Virus record (IMG/VR): IMGVR_UViG_3300010352_001034 | Reading direction: 5' to 3' (one strand) | DNA: 64,000 nucleotides | Origin: a virus | Taxonomy: Duplodnaviria > Caudoviricetes | Shown here: positions 59,340-64,000 of the stretch, one piece after another | Layout: each line of letters opens with the position of its first letter | How positions within the stretch are numbered: position 1 is the first letter of the stretch | Notes under the pieces: generated by a model | The model's database searches: none | What the model was told of the DNA's origin: nothing | The model's input: the letters and a program-made list of their open reading frames with translations, nothing else | Made by a program: the position numbers and the translations under genes

Positions 59340-60452
59340 ATGTTGGAAGTTCAAAAGTATTTACAATCAGGCAAATCATTACAACTTTTACAAACTGAAT
59401 ATGGAATTGATTATTCTATTGATAATGGTGTTGTTTCTTTAAACTATAATATGATTAATAGTCCTATGGGACAAGAAATATCAAAAGAATGCCGAGGACT
59501 TATATTACGTTTAAATACATGGGAAGTATTAGCATATCCATTTTACAAGTTTTTTAATATAGGAGAAGGTTTTCAAGCTTCAATTGATTGGAAATCTGCA
59601 AAGTATTTAGAAAAAATTGATGGAACGCTTATTATAGCATGGTATGATGAAGATCAATCAAAATGGCAATTTGCTACACGTAGTGTGCCTTATGGAAATA
59701 AATCTGTAAATGGTATTAAAGAGACGTTTTCTCAATTAACTATACAAGCTATTGAACGTTATTTTAATGATGATGAAAAATGTTTAGCTTTTTATGATAA
59801 TCTTAATAAACGTTATACATATATGTTTGAGTTGACATCTCCATTTAATCAAATTGTTGTACAACATGCTGATTTAAAATTTACGCTTATAGGAGTTCGT
59901 GATTTAGATACATTATTGGAATTAGACATTGCTCCAATTGGAAAACAATTAAATATTCCTATTCCAACAATGTTTAGCTTCGATTCTATAGATGAAGCTA
60001 TTATATTAATTAATAAATGGGCTCCAATAGAACATGAAGGTATGGTAGTTGTTGATAAATATTTTAATCGTGTAAAAGTAAAAAGTGCAGCCTATTGTTT
60101 TGCTCATACAACTGTAAGTAATTTATTAAGTTCTAATAGAAATGTTATGCGTATTATAATGTTGAATAAAGATGATGATGTTTTGCCTTTATTAACTGGC
60201 TTGATGCGAGAAAGATTTTTAGAAATTAAAGATAAATATATAAATCTTTGTAAAATTATAATGAAAGAATATAATGAAATAAAAGATATAAAAAGCGATA
60301 AAGAATTTGCTTTATTAGCTACCAAAACCACTTGGTGTACTCCATTATTTAGTTTTCGACGAAAAAATCATGATACTTTAGTTGATTTTATGATTAAAAT
60401 GGCAGAAAAACAAACATCTGTTGATAAGGTATTACAATTAATTGGAATGTAA
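59340..60452 (+). CDS. rnl1: T4 Rnl1-like ATP-dependent RNA ligase
   Basis: ECRGLIL, YPFYKFFNIGE, motif I EKIDGTL, FELTSP.NQIVV, EGMVVVD and RVKVKS. Confidence 0.9.
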   Translation: MLEVQKYLQSGKSLQLLQTEYGIDYSIDNGVVSLNYNMINSPMGQEISKECRGLILRLNTWEVLAYPFYKFFNIGEGFQASIDWKSAKYLEKIDGTLIIAWYDEDQSKWQFATRSVPYGNKSVNGIKETFSQLTIQAIERYFNDDEKCLAFYDNLNKRYTYMFELTSPFNQIVVQHADLKFTLIGVRDLDTLLELDIAPIGKQLNIPIPTMFSFDSIDEAIILINKWAPIEHEGMVVVDKYFNRVKVKSAAYCFAHTTVSNLLSSNRNVMRIIMLNKDDDVLPLLTGLMRERFLEIKDKYINLCKIIMKEYNEIKDIKSDKEFALLATKTTWCTPLFSFRRKNHDTLVDFMIKMAEKQTSVDKVLQLIGM

Positions 60453-60505
60453 TTTGTTGCAATGTAATTTGTTGCAATGTAATTTGTTGTAATGTAATTT
60501 GTTGT
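60446..60505. repeat. 15-bp tandem repeat x4 (AATGTAATTTGTTGY)
   Basis: Two units end in C and two in T. The first unit contains the RNA ligase ATG-TAA end. Confidence 0.95.
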
Positions 60506-60557
60506 AATGAATTGTGATATTCTATTATAGTTGATATATAAGATCTTAGAGGTAAAA

Positions 60558-60773
60558 ATGAAAACACTATTAACAATTTCAATTATGTCTATTATGTTAT
60601 TTGGTTGCAATTCGACTTCAACTTCTGCCGATGCGGGCGATGCATCTGTTGATGTTGTCGTAGAAGATGTAGGCGCAGAAGCATTAATGTCGGTTATGCC
60701 CACACAACCTAGCACTGTTTGTTCTGCGTCGGCTATGCCTGCTGTTTCTGCTGTGCCAGTTTCTTCAAAGTAA
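60558..60773 (+). CDS. Small lipoprotein (71 aa)
   Basis: GAGG RBS, then signal peptide MKTLLTISIMSIMLFG-C with lipobox, followed by Ser/Ala/Asp low-complexity sequence. Confidence 0.75.
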   Translation: MKTLLTISIMSIMLFGCNSTSTSADAGDASVDVVVEDVGAEALMSVMPTQPSTVCSASAMPAVSAVPVSSK

Positions 60774-60776
60774 TAT

Positions 60777-60805
60777 TTGACATTTTAAACCTTTTGTGAT
60801 ATATT
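60777..60805 (+). promoter_or_regulatory. Sigma70-type promoter for DNA ligase
   Basis: TTGACA (60777-60782), 17-nt spacer ending in TGn, TATATT (60800-60805). RBS GAGG at 60813-60816. Confidence 0.7.
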
Positions 60806-60822
60806 ATCGCAAGAGGTTTTTT

Positions 60823-62745
60823 ATGAGCAAAGAAATCAATAAACAAGCTATTATCAAAGATTTAGAAGATAAAATTTCAAAAGCTAACCATGAATATGAA
60901 AATATTCATGATGAACAAAATAAACAATTATCTGTTTCAGATAGAGTTTATGATGCTTGGATTGATACTCTATCTTCTTATGATCCTCAAAATAAATTAC
61001 TATTAAAAGTTGGCTCTGAACCTGTTTCCAATTGGCAAAAACATATTCATTCCCATCCAATGTTGTCTTTAGATAAAGCCAAAACAAATGAAGACTATTT
61101 AAATTGGCATAATAAATACATTAAAGAAGCTGATGAAGTATTGGTTACTTTGAAATTAGATGGGTTATCAGTAATTTTAGAATATGAAAATGGAAAATTA
61201 ATTAGAGGTTGTACTCGTGGTGGTGGAGATTCAGGAGAAGATATTACTCAAAATATTGTTAAAATGAAATGCGTTCCTCATCGCTTACCAAAACGTATTA
61301 ATGCTATTGTTCGTGGTGAAATTCTTCTTAATAAAGAATGTTTTGAAAAACAATTTACTGATTATTCAAATCCTCGAAATGCAGCTTCTGGTGTTTGTCG
61401 AAGATATGATGGAGAAAATTGTGAAAATTTATCTATTTTGTGTTATGAATTAGATTGTGAAGATATTAAATCAAATTCTTTCAAAGAAATGTTTGACAAT
61501 TTGAAAGAATTGAATTTCACTTGTCCTCCATATTATATTTTAAATACTAAACCAGATAAATCTATTAGTCAACAAGTTATTGAATTAAAAGATTTATATT
61601 TTGCAAAATTAAGAGATGAATATGAATTTCTATTAGATGGAATGGTTATTCATCAAAATGATTTAGCTAAATGGTATGCTTGTGGATATAATGAACACCA
61701 CCCTTATAGTAGCATTGCTTTTAAATTTGAAGCACCTTGTAAAGAAACAAGTGTAAAAAATATTATTGATCAAGTTGGAAATATTGGGCACATAACACCT
61801 GTATGTATTTTTACAGAACCTGTCAAATTAGCAGGTGCTATGGTAGAAAAAGCTTCTTTACACAATTATCGAAATATTACAGATTTAGGAATTGATATTG
61901 GCGCTAAAATTATTGTTTCTCGCAGAAATGACGTAATTCCGTATATAGAAGAAGTTACCGAATCTACAAATTCAATTTATCAAGCTCCACAAAATTGTCC
62001 TGTATGTGGAACTAAAACAATCATGACTGGTGAATTTCTAATTTGCCCTAATTCATCTAATTGCCCTGCTCAAGTGGTAGGTAGAATTATCAATTGGGTT
62101 AATACAATTAACATTTTGGAATGGGGTGAAGCTTTAATTACTCGACTTGTGAAAAGTAATAAAGTTATTGTTATTTCTGATCTATATACATTAAAAAAAG
62201 AAGATCTATTAACCATCGAACGTATGGGAGATAAGTCAGCAGAAAAAGCTTTAAATATTCTTCATTCCAAAAAAGAAATGCCAATTGAAAAATTCTTTGG
62301 CGGCTTGTCTATTCCAATGGCTGGTGAAAGTATTTTTGGAAAGATTTCTAAAGCAGGATATGATACAGTTTCTAAAATTAGAAATATCACATTAAATGAA
62401 TTGATGGATATCTCTGGTCTTGGACCAGCAAAAGCAAAATCTGTTTATGAAGGATTGAAAACAAATTATAACCTTATTGATGATTTGCTTTCTGTTGGAA
62501 TCGTTGTAAAAGAACGTTCAGGCTCATTAAAAGGTAAAACATTTGTATTTACTGGTTCTATGGTTAATGAACGAAAAATATTAATGCAAACGGTTATAGA
62601 TAATGGTGGTATTGTTGGTAAATCAGTTAGCAAAACAACGGATTATTTAGTAGCTGCCGATCATACAACTTCAAAAGCTCAAGCCGCTCAAAAACATGGT
62701 ACAAAATGTATTACTGAAAATGAATTTTTAGCTATGGTGAAATGA
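60823..62745 (+). CDS. ligA: NAD+-dependent DNA ligase
   Basis: HxxPMLSL, KLDG, TRGGG..GEDIT, VRGE, NPRNAASG, DGMVI, AFKF, C4 Zn finger, HhH repeats and BRCT (FVFTG..SVSKTTDYLV). Start adjusted to ATG 60823 on RBS and promoter evidence. Confidence 0.97.
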   Translation: MSKEINKQAIIKDLEDKISKANHEYENIHDEQNKQLSVSDRVYDAWIDTLSSYDPQNKLLLKVGSEPVSNWQKHIHSHPMLSLDKAKTNEDYLNWHNKYIKEADEVLVTLKLDGLSVILEYENGKLIRGCTRGGGDSGEDITQNIVKMKCVPHRLPKRINAIVRGEILLNKECFEKQFTDYSNPRNAASGVCRRYDGENCENLSILCYELDCEDIKSNSFKEMFDNLKELNFTCPPYYILNTKPDKSISQQVIELKDLYFAKLRDEYEFLLDGMVIHQNDLAKWYACGYNEHHPYSSIAFKFEAPCKETSVKNIIDQVGNIGHITPVCIFTEPVKLAGAMVEKASLHNYRNITDLGIDIGAKIIVSRRNDVIPYIEEVTESTNSIYQAPQNCPVCGTKTIMTGEFLICPNSSNCPAQVVGRIINWVNTINILEWGEALITRLVKSNKVIVISDLYTLKKEDLLTIERMGDKSAEKALNILHSKKEMPIEKFFGGLSIPMAGESIFGKISKAGYDTVSKIRNITLNELMDISGLGPAKAKSVYEGLKTNYNLIDDLLSVGIVVKERSGSLKGKTFVFTGSMVNERKILMQTVIDNGGIVGKSVSKTTDYLVAADHTTSKAQAAQKHGTKCITENEFLAMVK

Positions 62746-63176
62746 TTATGGAATATGGATTTGAAGAACGTGAAAAAGAAAAATGTATTATAAATACCTT
62801 TGACAAAGAAGATATTAATTCTAAAAATACAAAAGAAATAATTGAACAATCTATTGAATATGCTATATCTAAATCATATACAATTAAACCTGGTGCAATT
62901 TTTAGCCATAAGAATAAACAATGCAATGCAATTGGAGCTGTATTATTAAAATATCAATTAGAATATTTAATAACAGATCATTTTGATCCAAATTTCTTAA
63001 GTATTATTTGTAAAACTTTAAATGTTGACAAATATTGGTTGTATAGATTTATTTTTGGCTTTGATTATGGAAATGAACTTACATTTACATATTATGGCGT
63101 TGTAAATGATACAACAATAAAAGATAAAGTATCTATATATGGAAATAAGTTGCGTAAGAAGTATTGTGAATATTAG
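62742..63176 (+). CDS. Hypothetical protein
   Basis: 144 aa, ATGA overlap with ligA. CNAIGAVLL..FIFGFD.G pattern. Confidence 0.6.
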   Translation: MIMEYGFEEREKEKCIINTFDKEDINSKNTKEIIEQSIEYAISKSYTIKPGAIFSHKNKQCNAIGAVLLKYQLEYLITDHFDPNFLSIICKTLNVDKYWLYRFIFGFDYGNELTFTYYGVVNDTTIKDKVSIYGNKLRKKYCEY

Positions 63177-63928
63177 CGAGATTCTTTAATAAAGGTTTGT
63201 AATAGTTGATCTGCTACAACTTCACTCATTTCAAAACCATTTTCTCCAAGTACATTTGCAACTTTCTCAATAACATTCAAAAGATGTAAAGATTCTTTTT
63301 TATGAAAACCTGTTGCTGTTTCAGGAGGCGCAGGGTGTTCACGACCAACATTACGATATGCTTCTTCTACATATTCTTCATCAGTTTTTTCAGTTGGTTC
63401 AGAAGAATTTCCAGGAACTGGACCAGGAACTGGACTACCTACTCCAGGTGTAATCTTAACAGGACGAATACCATCATTTTCTATTGCTGCAATTTCTTCT
63501 GATCCAGGAGTTACATCTTTAGCACTTTTTTCTGCGCTACCTTTTTCTGCTTCATCTCGCATTGCTCGTAATAGATCATCACCATGAGCACCAGTAGAAC
63601 GTGAAACATCATATTCTTGCATATGAGTTCCTTTTGCATTATTAGGATCTTGTAAATCGCCAGCAATTGCATAAGCTTCTTGTTGCGACAATCCAAGCAT
63701 AGGATCAGTAACATCAAATGATTTTTGACCATGAGGATATTTGCCATTCATAGCATTTAAAATGTCTTGAGCAACAGAATATCCACGAGAAGCTGCATCT
63801 TCTAATTTACCAACAGCAGAAGCATAATAATTTTCTTCTGCCCGCTTTTTCAATTGTTTATTATAAATTTCTTCCATAGCAGAAGATAATATATCAACCG
63901 AAGCTACTTTTGTAATTGTTGTATTCAT
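63173..63928 (-). CDS. Hypothetical acidic protein (candidate internal head protein)
   Basis: 251 aa. Starts MNTTITKVAS, has a Pro/Gly linker PGVGSPVPGPVPG, and ends IEKVANVLGENGFEMSEVVADQLL. Confidence 0.7.
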   Translation of the reverse strand: MNTTITKVASVDILSSAMEEIYNKQLKKRAEENYYASAVGKLEDAASRGYSVAQDILNAMNGKYPHGQKSFDVTDPMLGLSQQEAYAIAGDLQDPNNAKGTHMQEYDVSRSTGAHGDDLLRAMRDEAEKGSAEKSAKDVTPGSEEIAAIENDGIRPVKITPGVGSPVPGPVPGNSSEPTEKTDEEYVEEAYRNVGREHPAPPETATGFHKKESLHLLNVIEKVANVLGENGFEMSEVVADQLLQTFIKESR

Positions 63929-64000
63929 ATGTTATTTTCCCATCAAAAACAGGCCTATACTAAATATGATTTGTAATTGATAAAACAATTATAAGCATTT

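Noticed and set aside
60446-60505. CRISPR mini-array
   Set aside because: Units are directly adjacent 15-mers with no spacers, and no cas genes are present.
60368-60715. Minus-strand ORFs with ITTNY/LQQIT repeats
   Set aside because: These are translations of the 15-bp DNA repeat, antisense to the better-supported lipoprotein and ligase genes.
59340-62745. Introns or inteins in the ligases
   Set aside because: Both proteins are of normal length with contiguous motifs and no intein splice signatures.

Overview
A gene-dense, strongly AT-rich (visibly about 30% GC or less; not computed) 64-kb piece of a large tailed-phage genome with a contractile tail (jumbo-myovirus-like), read in the standard genetic code. 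Positions 306-55495 form one minus-strand virion morphogenesis cluster. In transcription order it carries fibre/decoration genes (including a tandem paralog pair), two neck proteins, beta-helix and LamG fibre/spike genes, a holin-like gene, tail terminator, an HNH-repeat protein, sheath, tube, a tail-assembly chaperone with a clear -1 frameshift, tape measure, tube initiator, hub, spike, two unknown proteins, gp25-like, an enlarged baseplate J, a 2203-aa LamG wedge protein and a 984-aa protein with a dockerin-like domain. Positions 55637-64000 are mixed-strand: hypothetical proteins, a HARE-HTH protein, a T4 Rnl1-like RNA ligase, a 15-bp tandem repeat, a small lipoprotein and an NAD-dependent DNA ligase. 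The first 126 bp, not covered by the ORF track, are the 3' end of tnpB plus the right end/omega-RNA scaffold of an IS200/IS605-type element. No capsid, portal, terminase, tRNA, rRNA or CRISPR array was seen. Best candidates for new biology: the baseplate dockerin, unrelated proteins sharing K-x-A terminal tags (possible packaged cargo), a multi-TM/Ig protein next to the spike, apparent gene conversion between the fibre paralogs, and a myxobacterial-style lipoprotein. All function calls come from motif recognition and synteny by eye; no database search was run.
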